49,519 bases of DNA from Candidatus Micrarchaeota archaeon (GCA_028867115.1 JAGWGY010000002.1:1-49519); one strand, 5' to 3'; positions 8,495-18,615 are shown, counted from the first letter of the stretch. Translations and numbers: made by a program. The notes: generated by a model not told the origin, from the sequence alone.

Positions 8495-10147
8495 ATGATG
8501 GAAAAAGAATGGATATTTTGGATAATTCTTATCGCGGTCATAGTGGTCGCATCGCTATACTACAGATTTTACAACACGCAGGCAATCGCGATGTCTGTCA
8601 GCATCAACAGCAGCGCAACATCCCAGACACTATATCCGTACCAGAAGGTGACCCTGCCGATAACAATACAGAACACCGGAAGCAGCCCTATAAACAGGCT
8701 GAATTTCGAGGTAAGCCAGAGCGGAAACACCAGCGTCGCCTATGAGATAACGCTCCCTCCGGGAAAGAGCGTCATAGTGCCTTACAACTTCACGCCTTCG
8801 CTGCCAGGCAACTACAACATCTCGGTCGTGGTTGACCCTGCAAAGCTCTACAACATAGTGGACAGGGGCTCATCGCAACCGAGCACGCTTGTCCATGTCA
8901 CGCCTGCCGCGCAGGCAGCGCCTTACTCGCTTCTGCCTTCTGCGAACGTCTCGCAGTACGGAAGCGCGAACATAAAGACATTCAACACAAGCCAGATAGG
9001 GCTTATAGGCAGCACCATACTCTTTGCGGATTATGGCATACAGAAGTTCGCGCCTGTGGGCCAGAACAACAGCTTCGTATACTCGATAGTCAACCTGACG
9101 GTACAGTACACGAGGAACATCTCTACTGCTTATGCATTCTACGACAACGGCTATTACGCATACTCGACATGGATGCGCGGCTACATTACGCCCGATGTGT
9201 TTGGGATTGCTGCGGCATCAAGAGGATACCAGACGTCCAATTATACGATTAACGGCAGCAGGGTCACGTTCGTCAGATTTTCCAACGTAACATCAGGATG
9301 CGCATGGTACCAGAAGGGATGGGTGGAGATGCTAGTGTACCATGGCCCTTCATGCATTGGAGTGGTAAACGGAACGATAAAGACGCTCACTGCGCCGGTG
9401 GGCAGCGTTAATTCCACAGCATACAACGGAATAAAGAGGATGCTGGGAAACTTCTCTTTGGCCAACTTCAGCCAGTACTGGAACGGCAACACCAGCTATT
9501 CCGCAATGACCCTGCTAAACGACGGGGAGATAGCGACTGTCGGCGTATCGCCTTACACGAGCAACAACATCTGCTTCGGTGAGATAAAACTGATAAACGG
9601 CACGAACTTCTGCAGCGCCTACATATTGCAGACAACCCAGGGGAACATACCCAAGATATCGCTTGTCAGGACATCTGCTTTCCTTGGCAAGAACAACCTG
9701 ACGGTGTATTCGCTGATAAACAGCTCTCGCTGGTACGATGCTCTTCCGGTCCAGGTTGGCATGATCTCATCGCTCAACCTTTCAGGGGCTTCGAAGTCTT
9801 TTGTTTCCGCGTACGGGAACACGTGCGCGCTCAATGCCTCGTTCGGATGCACGCTTAACGGGTTCTACAACGGCACTGCGGCACTGACAATTACAAACAA
9901 CCTCAACAGCAGCGTAAGCATCAGCGCCCTGAACTGCTTTACTACGCCACCTTGGAAACCCACAGCGCTTGCAAACCAGACAATTGCAGCCCATTCATCC
10001 GCCAACCTGACCGCAAAGTGCTATGAGCAGGGAGATCTGATATTCGGAGTCCCCGTGAACCTGCAGCTGCATATCTCGGCCAACTACACGGCAGGAGGCA
10101 GGAACTACCTTGTGTCTGGCAACGCGACCGCGAACCTGTTCTCGTAG
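8495..10147 (+). CDS. Membrane-anchored extracellular protein with an N-terminal CARDB-like domain, heavily N-glycosylation-sequon-rich
   Basis: 550 aa. N-terminal signal-anchor WIFWIILIAVIVVASLYY. A CARDB-like segment follows (VTLPITIQNTGSSPINRLNFEV...LPPGKSVIVPYNFTP..GNYNISVVVDP). I count more than two dozen N-x-S/T sequons by eye and 8 Cys. Confidence 0.65.
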   Translation: MMEKEWIFWIILIAVIVVASLYYRFYNTQAIAMSVSINSSATSQTLYPYQKVTLPITIQNTGSSPINRLNFEVSQSGNTSVAYEITLPPGKSVIVPYNFTPSLPGNYNISVVVDPAKLYNIVDRGSSQPSTLVHVTPAAQAAPYSLLPSANVSQYGSANIKTFNTSQIGLIGSTILFADYGIQKFAPVGQNNSFVYSIVNLTVQYTRNISTAYAFYDNGYYAYSTWMRGYITPDVFGIAAASRGYQTSNYTINGSRVTFVRFSNVTSGCAWYQKGWVEMLVYHGPSCIGVVNGTIKTLTAPVGSVNSTAYNGIKRMLGNFSLANFSQYWNGNTSYSAMTLLNDGEIATVGVSPYTSNNICFGEIKLINGTNFCSAYILQTTQGNIPKISLVRTSAFLGKNNLTVYSLINSSRWYDALPVQVGMISSLNLSGASKSFVSAYGNTCALNASFGCTLNGFYNGTAALTITNNLNSSVSISALNCFTTPPWKPTALANQTIAAHSSANLTAKCYEQGDLIFGVPVNLQLHISANYTAGGRNYLVSGNATANLFS

Positions 10148-12930
10148 TGGTTGGATTGAGCGATGCATACACGACCTTTCTAGAGGAGTTTGGCGAATTT
10201 ACAGAGATACAGAAGCTTTCAGTCCCAATAATAGAGCGGGGAAGCAACTGCATAATTACAGCCCCTCCTGGCAGCGGCAAGACGGAGGCGGCCCTCCTTC
10301 CAGTACTGAGCAGGATACAAAAAGAGGGAAACTCTGCGGTTGCTGCACTTTATATTACGCCGCTTCGTGCCCTAAACAGGGACCTCTTCAAGAGGCTAAA
10401 GGCGCTATGCGATAAGCTTGGAATAACGATTGATGTTCGCCATGGTGATACGCCCGTCGCGCAGAGGGCGCGCCAGTCGAAAAACCCTCCCCAGATCATA
10501 ATAACAACACCAGAGAGCGTGCAGAGCCTGCTAATGACAAAGACGCTCTACAAATCGCTAAAGAATCTCAGGGCAGTCGTAGTCGACGAGCTCCATGAGT
10601 TATACTACAACAAGCGTGGAGCGCAGCTTGCGGTAGCGCTTGAGAGGCTTGTGGAGGTATCTGGTGAATTCCAGCGGATAGGAGTCAGCGCCACTATAGG
10701 AGACATAAATTCTGCTGCTTACTTCTTGTGCGCTAGCAGGGCGTGCGACATAGTCGAGGCGAGGCAGAAAAAGAGCTTTGAGATAGAGATTGCCATGCCA
10801 AAGGCCCCGAAAAGGGAATATGCGCAATTTTCTGAGAAGTTCGGGCTTGACAGGCAGGCGCTTGCGAGGATAGAGTACATGGCGGACCAGATAAGCAGGT
10901 CAAAGGCGACCCTGCTGTTTGCCAACACTCGCCAGGTTGTAGAATCTTTGGGCAGCAAGCTCCTTTATTTTGAAAAGGAAGCAGGCTTCGGAGGCATAGG
11001 GGTGCATCACAGCTCGCTTGACAAGGAAGAGAGGATTGCAACAGAAAATGCATTCAAGGAAGGAAGGATAAGGAGCATAATTGCAACCAGCTCGCTCGAG
11101 CTTGGGATTGACATCGGCGCTGTGGACCTTGTTATCCAGTACGGCTCGCCAAGGCAGGTGACACGCCTTGTACAGAGGATAGGAAGGAGTGGCCATAGGG
11201 AGAAGCAGTCATCAAACGGGAAGATTGTTGTGGCCAGCGCGCTTGATGCGATTGAATCCGCTGCCATTGTTGCACTAAACAAGACTGGCAATCTTGAGAG
11301 GAGGGAGCTGCAGGAGAATGCTCTTGACGTGCTCATCAACCAACTCAGCGCTGTCGCGCTTGAATATGGTGAGTTTGACTCTGATTTCTTTTTCAGACTA
11401 ATCAGGAGGAGTTCGGGATACGCAAACCTAAGCCGTGAGGCGTTCGGCGCACTTGTAGCTTTTGCGCGCGAACAGAAGCTTGTCAGGACAGACGGGGATA
11501 GAATAAGCGTGGGAGGGAGGGCCCGTAGGTATGCTATCGAGAAAATAAGCGTGATACCCGATGCGACCAGGTTCACTGTGAAGAACGTCTCAAGCAATAG
11601 GATAATTGCAAACCTTGACGAGAATTTTGTCTACAATAATATCGAGGAGGGGACTACTTTTGTCACCAAGGGTCTTGTGTGGAGGGCCATTAGCATAGAA
11701 GAGCAGACGATCTTTGTAGAACCCAGCGTAGAGATTGACGCAGCGGTTCCGGATTGGGAAGGGGAGGACATTCCTGTTTCCTATGCAGTAGCGCAGCGCG
11801 CGTTCGGGTTCCTAAGCAAGCAGAGGCTATCAGAATTTAAGCAACTAGTTGAGGGCAACGCCTATTCCTCAATCGCGGGGCTTATCGAAGAGCAGGATAA
11901 GACCTTCCAGATAAACGATGAAACGCTTTACATAGAGGAGATGGACGATCGTGCGATAATCTATTCGGCACTAGGCAAATTGGGAAACGAGCTCTTTGCG
12001 AAAATTGTCAGCAGCATAGCCTCAGTGAACACCGGGAGGCGCATCTTCACAAGGGCGACACCTTATGCGGTGATAATCGAATATGAGGGGATGTCGAAAG
12101 TGCCGGACATAATGAAGATAATCGCGACATTCAAGGGATACGAACTGGAAAAGCTGCTACAGAGCGCGGAGTTTGTGATGAGCTTTGACATGTTCAGGTA
12201 CAGGTTCATCCAGGTCGCTAAGCTTTTTGGTGTTGTGGAGAAGAAGGCCACCATCACACGAAGCGTTGCGACAAGGCTGATGGAGTTCTACAGGGATTCC
12301 CCCATATTTGAGGAGACTATGAGGGACCTCGGAAGGAATTATTTTGACGTTGAGAGCGTCAGGAGGCTGCAACATGCACTGAAGGAGCGGACGATAAAGC
12401 CCGCCATATTCAGGAGCTATGGTTCTGCTATTTCCGGGGAGATACTCAAATCGGCTTATTTCTACAGGGAGCTGATGAACCCTCTCCTTCCAAACAGCGC
12501 CGAAGTTGAGCAGTTTGAGGAGGGGATACTTAGAAAGAGCGCAGAACTAATCTGCACTTATTGCGGATTTAGGTTTGCAAAGAAGCTCTCGGAGATAAAG
12601 GAGCATGAGCGGATAAAGTGCCCATCCTGCAAGAGCCCTATGGTTGCCGTCTATTCCGAGGGGTACGAGAAGGTCATAGAGAAGAGGAAGAATGACCATA
12701 GGATGACAAAGGGCGAACGCGAGGTTTATGCCGAGGCGCTGGGCAACGCGAGCCTCGTTGAGGCTTACGGTCTGCGCGCGCTGATTGCGCTTGCAACATA
12801 TGGCGTCGGGGCGAAAACTGCTGCGAGAGTCCTCAGGATGCTTAGGAAGGACGTGCGGCATTTCCTGATAGACCTGATAAATGCCCAGAAGCAGTTTGTC
12901 AAGACGAAGAAGTACTGGGTTGGAAGGTAA
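10147..12930 (+). CDS. lhr: Lhr-type (large helicase-related) DExH-box ATP-dependent helicase
   Basis: 927 aa with a GTG start that overlaps the upstream TAG by 1 nt. Motifs are APPGSGKTEAA, TPLRALNRD, TTPES, VVDELHEL, SATIGD, HHSSL and QRIGRSGH. There is a C-terminal Zn ribbon (CTYCGFRF...CPSCKSPM). Confidence 0.8.
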   Translation: MVGLSDAYTTFLEEFGEFTEIQKLSVPIIERGSNCIITAPPGSGKTEAALLPVLSRIQKEGNSAVAALYITPLRALNRDLFKRLKALCDKLGITIDVRHGDTPVAQRARQSKNPPQIIITTPESVQSLLMTKTLYKSLKNLRAVVVDELHELYYNKRGAQLAVALERLVEVSGEFQRIGVSATIGDINSAAYFLCASRACDIVEARQKKSFEIEIAMPKAPKREYAQFSEKFGLDRQALARIEYMADQISRSKATLLFANTRQVVESLGSKLLYFEKEAGFGGIGVHHSSLDKEERIATENAFKEGRIRSIIATSSLELGIDIGAVDLVIQYGSPRQVTRLVQRIGRSGHREKQSSNGKIVVASALDAIESAAIVALNKTGNLERRELQENALDVLINQLSAVALEYGEFDSDFFFRLIRRSSGYANLSREAFGALVAFAREQKLVRTDGDRISVGGRARRYAIEKISVIPDATRFTVKNVSSNRIIANLDENFVYNNIEEGTTFVTKGLVWRAISIEEQTIFVEPSVEIDAAVPDWEGEDIPVSYAVAQRAFGFLSKQRLSEFKQLVEGNAYSSIAGLIEEQDKTFQINDETLYIEEMDDRAIIYSALGKLGNELFAKIVSSIASVNTGRRIFTRATPYAVIIEYEGMSKVPDIMKIIATFKGYELEKLLQSAEFVMSFDMFRYRFIQVAKLFGVVEKKATITRSVATRLMEFYRDSPIFEETMRDLGRNYFDVESVRRLQHALKERTIKPAIFRSYGSAISGEILKSAYFYRELMNPLLPNSAEVEQFEEGILRKSAELICTYCGFRFAKKLSEIKEHERIKCPSCKSPMVAVYSEGYEKVIEKRKNDHRMTKGEREVYAEALGNASLVEAYGLRALIALATYGVGAKTAARVLRMLRKDVRHFLIDLINAQKQFVKTKKYWVGR

Positions 12931-12932
12931 TT

Positions 12933-13568
12933 CTATTTTCTGTTATTCCATTCCACTTTTTTGAGCAGCTCCCAAACCTGCATTATCTCCCTGTGCACTG
13001 CGTCCGGTTCCTGGTTGCCGTTTATCCTGTGCCATATCTGCTTGTACTTCTTCGATAATGCATCGTATGCCTTCTCGAGAACCTTCAGGTTCTCAAGGTT
13101 ATCGTATCTCCTAAGTGCATTCCCCCGCTTCTTTATCCTTTCTACTGCCACGTCTGGAGGGACGCTTATGTAGAAGATTGCATCAGGCAGGGGGAGCTTG
13201 CTATGGATGTTTGATATCCATTCAATATCAGCATAGGGTGGAGGGGCGAACGCAAACATGTGGGCTGCGGTAGACATCCAGTTTCTGTCACTTATTACAG
13301 TAGTGCCATCCTTTAGTTTTGGTATTATGACTTTCGCAAACTGCTCGAATCTCGATGCCACAAAAAGGAGCTGCAGTGATGTTGTATCAAGGGGCCTCTT
13401 GGTGTTCACAAGCTCGAGCTTTATGAACTTTCCGATGCTGCTCTCATAATCCGGCTCTTTTACCAGCATGCATTTCTCATCGGATTTGCGCAAGGCATCA
13501 TAATAGAGCTCTATCTGGGTACTCTTGCCGCACCCTTCCCGCCCCTCGAAGACAACGTATTTTCCCAT
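12933..13568 (-). CDS. tmk: Thymidylate kinase
   Basis: 211 aa. P-loop VFEGREGCGKSTQ and a DR(N/Y) motif (SDRNW). Size is typical of archaeal dTMP kinases. Confidence 0.8.
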   Translation of the reverse strand: MGKYVVFEGREGCGKSTQIELYYDALRKSDEKCMLVKEPDYESSIGKFIKLELVNTKRPLDTTSLQLLFVASRFEQFAKVIIPKLKDGTTVISDRNWMSTAAHMFAFAPPPYADIEWISNIHSKLPLPDAIFYISVPPDVAVERIKKRGNALRRYDNLENLKVLEKAYDALSKKYKQIWHRINGNQEPDAVHREIMQVWELLKKVEWNNRK

Positions 13569-13683
13569 GCCCCCAACTAAAGAAGCTGTTTGTCCCTTGG
13601 TATAAATACATTCGCCATATTTTTGTCAGTTTAGGCAAAGATCTGTAGAAAAATTTCTTAAACTGTTGCAGAGGATTAACTTC

Positions 13684-14097
13684 ATGGAAGGCGCAAAAAG
13701 GGCCAGGATACTGGTTGCAAAGCTGGGATTGGACGGCCACGACCGCGGGGTGCTTGTGTTATGCAAGGCATTTCGGGAAGCAGGGATGGAAGTCATATAC
13801 ACCGGCCTTTTTGCCACGCCTGCGAGGGTGGCGCAGATTGCTGAGGATGAGGATGTTGATGCCGTGGCGATGAGCCTTCTGAACAACGCGCACATGACCC
13901 TATTTCCCAGGGTGGTTGAGGAATTGAGAAGGAAAGGCATGGAGGATGTTGTCATTTTAGGAGGGGGTACGATACCAGAGGAGGACAAGAAGGCGCTCGA
14001 GAAGCAGGGTGTGATTGGCAACTTTGTCTCAGGGGCGCCATTGCAGGAAATCGTGAGGTTCACAGAATCTGCAATCGCTGCAAAAAGAAAGTGTTAG
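13684..14097 (+). CDS. Cobalamin (B12)-binding domain protein, methylmalonyl-CoA mutase small-subunit type
   Basis: The track ORF begins at TTG 13666 and the first ATG is at 13684. It has the DxHxxG signature (KLGLDGHDRGV) and later ILGGGTIP. At about 137 aa it matches the split archaeal MCM C-terminal domain. Confidence 0.75.
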   Translation: MEGAKRARILVAKLGLDGHDRGVLVLCKAFREAGMEVIYTGLFATPARVAQIAEDEDVDAVAMSLLNNAHMTLFPRVVEELRRKGMEDVVILGGGTIPEEDKKALEKQGVIGNFVSGAPLQEIVRFTESAIAAKRKC

Positions 14098-16550
14098 GCG
14101 GCTGGTCCTGGCGGTACACTAGGGTTCTCTACTGATTCCTCTGCATCAGAAATCGTCCTCGCGTCAACGACCTTTGCACCAGGTTCGACTCGCATAAGCC
14201 TCACTCCCGAAGCTGCTCTGCCCGTTATCCTTATCGAGTCCGCCTCGAACTTTATTGTGACCCCTCTTGAGTTTATCAGTAGCACCTTTGACTTCCCGAA
14301 AACGAAAAGTGATTTTGCGATGTTCCCAGTCTTTGGGGAAACCTTGAGGTTTATTATGCCGCTGCCGCTTCGGTTCTGGTCGCGGTACTCGCTGATCTCC
14401 GTTAGCTTTCCATATCCGTTCTCAGTAACGGTAAGAAGATAGCCGTTCTCCTCGACAGGGATTATGTCCTTTGCAACGTCATCCAGACCAAGCCTTATGC
14501 CGCGCACTCCCATGCCTGCTCGGCCTATGGGTCTCACAAGCGACTCGTCAAACTTTATCGACTTGCCCTTCCTAGTTGTTATCATCAGGTATTTCTGGCT
14601 TGTATAGACCTGCACATCTGCTATCGAGTCGCCCTGGTTCAGGCTTATTGCCCTCACTCCGGTAATCCTTGGGTGGGAGAATAGGTGCGCATCTGTCTTC
14701 TTTATTAGCCCGTGGGTTGTCAGGAACATTATCTTGGCGTTCTCGAAGTTCTTTATCCCCATTATCGTAACAATCTTCTCGCCTTTGAGATCGAGAAGGT
14801 TTACCATGGCCTTCCCTTCCGCATACCTGCTTGCCTCCGGGACCATGTACGCCTTGAGCCAGTACGCCCTTCCCTTGTCGGATATGCATAGGAGGTAGTC
14901 CTTTGCCTTGCACGATATTATCTGCTTTACAAAGTCGCCCTCCTTAAGGTTTATCGCAATCACTCCCCTCCCTCCCCTTGCCTGCTCCTTGTATGTTGCA
15001 AGGGGCATGCGCTTGACATACCCGGTATTGGTGAATATCACGGAGATCTTGTCATCTGCAATGAGGTCCTCGTCGGTTATGTCAGAGCTGCCGTCATGCT
15101 GCATTAGCTTTGTCCTCCTTGGCCTTCCATACGCCTTCTTAATTTCAAGGGTCTCGGTCTTTATTATCGAATCAACTTTTGAAGGGTCTGCGAGGATCTC
15201 GGTGTAGTATCTTATCTTTCCCTCGAGCTCTCCTTTCTCGCCAGTAAGCGAATCGAACTCCAGCGAGGTGAGCTTGCTCAGCCTCATCTCCAGTATTGCA
15301 TTCGCCTGCTTCTCAGACAGTGAGTATGAGGCCATAAGCGCATGCCTTGCCGCCGCGACTTCCTTGCTCTGCCTTATCTCGCGCACTATCTGGTCGATGT
15401 TGTTTATTGCTACAATGAGCCCTTCAACTATGTGGTGCCTGTCCCTTGCAACATTGAGCTCGAATGTGCACCTCTTGCGCACGACGTCCCTCCTGTGGCC
15501 TATGAACGTCGTAAGAAGCTGCACAATATTGAAGTTTCGCAGCCTCTTGCCCTCCACTGCAAGATTGATTATGGGGAATGTTGTCTCGAGCTGGGTGTGC
15601 TTGTATAGGGAATTGAGCATTACCTCGCCATGGACGTCGCCCCTAAGCTCTATCACTACGCGTATGCCCTCCTTGTCGCTCTCATCGCGTATGTCGGTTA
15701 TCCCTATAATCCTCTTATCCTTCACAAGGGATGCGATATTCTGTATCAGCGCTGATTTGTTGACGTTGTATGGCAGCTCCTTTATGATTATCCTGTTCTC
15801 TTCGGCATCAATCTCCGCTTCGGCCCGGATTGTAACCTGGCCCCTCCCGTACTTGTAGCCGTTGTAAGTGTTCTCAGACATCATTGCTATCCCGCCTGTC
15901 GGGAAGTCTGGCCCCTTTATTATCTCGAGCACATCCTGTGTCGTTATCCCTGGCGAGTCAAGCATTTTTACTATCGCATCGCACACCTCGTTTAGGTTGT
16001 GCGGGGGTATGCTGGTTGCGACCCCTACCGCAATCCCGTATGCACCGTTAACAAGCAGGTTAGGCACTTTTGAAGGGAGCAGCTCCGGCTCCTTTTCGGT
16101 GTTGTCGTAGTTTGGTACCATGCTGACAGTTTCCTTGTCTAGGTCCGCGAGCATCTCCTCTGCGAGCTTCCTGAGCCTTACTTCAGTGTACCTCTGAGCT
16201 GCTGGGGGGTCGCCGTCCACGCTTCCCATGTTTCCCTGACCCTCCACCAGAAGGTGGTTCATTGAGAAGTCCTGGGCCATCCTCACAAGAGACTCGTATA
16301 TCGCGGAGTCTCCGTGCGGGTGCAGGTGACCCATGCAGTCCCCGACGATCTTCGCGCTCTTCTTGGTAGGCTGGTTGTGGAGGTTGTTAAGGTTATACAT
16401 GGTGTAGAGTATTCTCCTCTGCACCGGCTTGAGCCCGTCGCGTGCGTCTGGAATGGCCCTTCCTATTATGACGCTCATCGCGTAGTCTATGTAGCTTGAC
16501 TGCAGCTCGCCTTCCAGCTCTACGGGGTTTATTTTGCCCATGATGACCAT
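14094..16550 (-). CDS. gyrA: DNA gyrase subunit A
   Basis: 818 aa. Contains GLKPVQRRILY, HPHGD and the active-site Tyr context AAQRYTE. C-terminal beta-pinwheel repeats are present. Confidence 0.95.
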   Translation of the reverse strand: MVIMGKINPVELEGELQSSYIDYAMSVIIGRAIPDARDGLKPVQRRILYTMYNLNNLHNQPTKKSAKIVGDCMGHLHPHGDSAIYESLVRMAQDFSMNHLLVEGQGNMGSVDGDPPAAQRYTEVRLRKLAEEMLADLDKETVSMVPNYDNTEKEPELLPSKVPNLLVNGAYGIAVGVATSIPPHNLNEVCDAIVKMLDSPGITTQDVLEIIKGPDFPTGGIAMMSENTYNGYKYGRGQVTIRAEAEIDAEENRIIIKELPYNVNKSALIQNIASLVKDKRIIGITDIRDESDKEGIRVVIELRGDVHGEVMLNSLYKHTQLETTFPIINLAVEGKRLRNFNIVQLLTTFIGHRRDVVRKRCTFELNVARDRHHIVEGLIVAINNIDQIVREIRQSKEVAAARHALMASYSLSEKQANAILEMRLSKLTSLEFDSLTGEKGELEGKIRYYTEILADPSKVDSIIKTETLEIKKAYGRPRRTKLMQHDGSSDITDEDLIADDKISVIFTNTGYVKRMPLATYKEQARGGRGVIAINLKEGDFVKQIISCKAKDYLLCISDKGRAYWLKAYMVPEASRYAEGKAMVNLLDLKGEKIVTIMGIKNFENAKIMFLTTHGLIKKTDAHLFSHPRITGVRAISLNQGDSIADVQVYTSQKYLMITTRKGKSIKFDESLVRPIGRAGMGVRGIRLGLDDVAKDIIPVEENGYLLTVTENGYGKLTEISEYRDQNRSGSGIINLKVSPKTGNIAKSLFVFGKSKVLLINSRGVTIKFEADSIRITGRAASGVRLMRVEPGAKVVDARTISDAEESVENPSVPPGPAA

Positions 16551-18464
16551 CTATATATCCAGGAATGTTACCTCTGTTGCGTGCTCTTCTAGGAACTTCC
16601 TCCTCTTGCCGACGTCTATCCCCATCAGTATGGTAAAGAGTTCGTCAGCCTTCTTTGCGTCTGTTATCATTATCTGCTTGAGCATTCTGTTCTCCGGATC
16701 CATTGTCGTCTCCCATAGCTGGTCGGGATTCATCTCCCCAAGACCCTTGTACCTCTGCACCGCCGCCTTTCCATCATGCTGCTGCAGCTTTGCGTTCAGC
16801 TCCGAATCAGAGTAGCAGTAGCTTAGTTCCTTTCCTTTCGTAACCTTGTATAGGGGCGGCTGCGCGACGTAGACGTACCCGCGCTCTATCACAGGCTTGA
16901 GATAGCGGTACAGGAATGTGAGGAGCAGCGTCCTGATGTGGCTGCCGTCCACGTCTGCATCGCTCATGATTATGATCTTTTTGTACCTTACCTTATCGGG
17001 GTTGAGTGTCTCCTTTATTCCTGCGCCGAATGCCGCAACCATTGCATGAATCTCGGCGTTATCGAATATCTTCTCCACGCTCGCCTTCTCTACGTTTAGT
17101 ATCTTCCCCCTCAGCGGCAGTATCGCCTGGAAGTTCTTGTTCCTGCCCTGCTTGCTCGAGCCACCTGCGCTCTCTCCCTCGACTATGAAAATCTCCGCTT
17201 TCTCTGGGTCCCCCTCTATACAGTCTGCGAGCTTTCCCGGCAGGACCGAGCTCTCGAATATGCTTCGCTTTCTCACCATCTCCCTTGCCTTTCTCGAAGC
17301 TTCGCGCGCCACTGCCGCGTTGATGACCTTTTCGGAGATTATTCTGGCATCGGCGGGGTGCTCTTCCAGGTATCTTGAGAGGCTGGAGTATACCGCGTTC
17401 TCAACAATCCCTTTCACTACCATGTTCCCGAGCTTCTCCTTTGTCTGGCCCTCGAACTCGGGGTTGGGCATCAGTACATTTATCACCGCTGTAAGCCCTT
17501 CCCTCACGTCGTCTCCCCCTACCTTTGTCTCCCTCTTGTCAAGGGCGCCTGATTTTGTTATGTAGTTTGTTATCGCCCTTGAGAATGCCGATCTGAACCC
17601 GATTACGTGCGTACCCCCTTCCGAGGTCCTGATGTTGTTCACAAATGATTCGACCTTCTCGTCATACTCCTTGTTGTACTGCACCGCTACTTCCACGGTT
17701 ATGCCCTCGGCCTGCTTCTTGAAGTGCATGACAGGAGTGATGGTTTCTATCCCGCCGTTTAGGTATGTAACAAAATCTGATATCCCGTGCTGCGAGAAGA
17801 ATTCGTTCTCCTCCGCAGGCGCTGCGCGCTCGTCCCTGAAAATTATTCTAAGGCCAGGGTTGAGAAAAGAGGTGTACCTGAGCCGGTCCTTTAGGGCCTC
17901 GGCATCGAAGTGAGGGGTCACGAAGATTTCAGGGTCTGGTTTGAACCTTATTGTTGTGCCCCTGTCTTTTGTCTCGCCCACCTCCTTGAGGGAGGATGTT
18001 GGTGCGCCCTTGCTGAACGCCATGTTGTACTCTTTCCCGTTCTTTTTTACCGTCACTTCTGTGAATTCGGATAACGAGTTTATCACTGTCAGGCCCACGC
18101 CGTGGAGCCCTCCCGCTGTCTTGTAAACATCGTTGTTGAACTTCCCGCCTGAGTGAAGTGATGTCATTATTACCTCCAGTGCAGGCTTGTTGTACTTGGG
18201 CATTATGTCTATCGGGATGCCTCTGCCGTCATCGGTAAGTTCTGCTATCTCGCCCGTACCATTCTGGGAGAGCCGTATCCTTATGGTCTTGCAGTGCCCT
18301 GCCATCGCCTCGTCGACCGCATTGTCGAGCGCCTCAAAAAGAAGGTGCAGCACGCCGCTTGGGCCTGTCGACCCTATGTACATTGCAGGCCTTTTTCTTA
18401 TTCCGAGTGGACCTTCAAGCACCACGATTTTTGATGCGTTATACTCATCTTCCACTCCTTCCAT
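16551..18464 (-). CDS. gyrB: DNA gyrase subunit B
   Basis: 637 aa. GHKL ATPase motifs (EALDNAVDE, GGLHGVG). Toprim EGESAGGS, PLRGKILNVEKA and DADVDGSHI. It is contiguous with gyrA. Confidence 0.95.
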   Translation of the reverse strand: MEGVEDEYNASKIVVLEGPLGIRKRPAMYIGSTGPSGVLHLLFEALDNAVDEAMAGHCKTIRIRLSQNGTGEIAELTDDGRGIPIDIMPKYNKPALEVIMTSLHSGGKFNNDVYKTAGGLHGVGLTVINSLSEFTEVTVKKNGKEYNMAFSKGAPTSSLKEVGETKDRGTTIRFKPDPEIFVTPHFDAEALKDRLRYTSFLNPGLRIIFRDERAAPAEENEFFSQHGISDFVTYLNGGIETITPVMHFKKQAEGITVEVAVQYNKEYDEKVESFVNNIRTSEGGTHVIGFRSAFSRAITNYITKSGALDKRETKVGGDDVREGLTAVINVLMPNPEFEGQTKEKLGNMVVKGIVENAVYSSLSRYLEEHPADARIISEKVINAAVAREASRKAREMVRKRSIFESSVLPGKLADCIEGDPEKAEIFIVEGESAGGSSKQGRNKNFQAILPLRGKILNVEKASVEKIFDNAEIHAMVAAFGAGIKETLNPDKVRYKKIIIMSDADVDGSHIRTLLLTFLYRYLKPVIERGYVYVAQPPLYKVTKGKELSYCYSDSELNAKLQQHDGKAAVQRYKGLGEMNPDQLWETTMDPENRMLKQIMITDAKKADELFTILMGIDVGKRRKFLEEHATEVTFLDI

Positions 18465-18615
18465 AGAAACCAGCGGGTCTCCCCTTTCATTATATTGCGA
18501 TTTAACCCTTATAAACCTTTTGAGGCTGTTTTGTCGTCGTAAAATTGCCCTCGGATAAGCGCTAGCGCAACGTGTTGTTATAAGAAGTTTTACAACTTAG
18601 TTATAGCGTGTTTTG

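Noticed and set aside
13641-13651. 11-mer tctgtagaaaa shared between the promoter regions at 13641 and 35211
   Set aside because: In about 50 kb on two strands, hundreds of chance 11-mer matches are expected. There is no extended similarity around the match.
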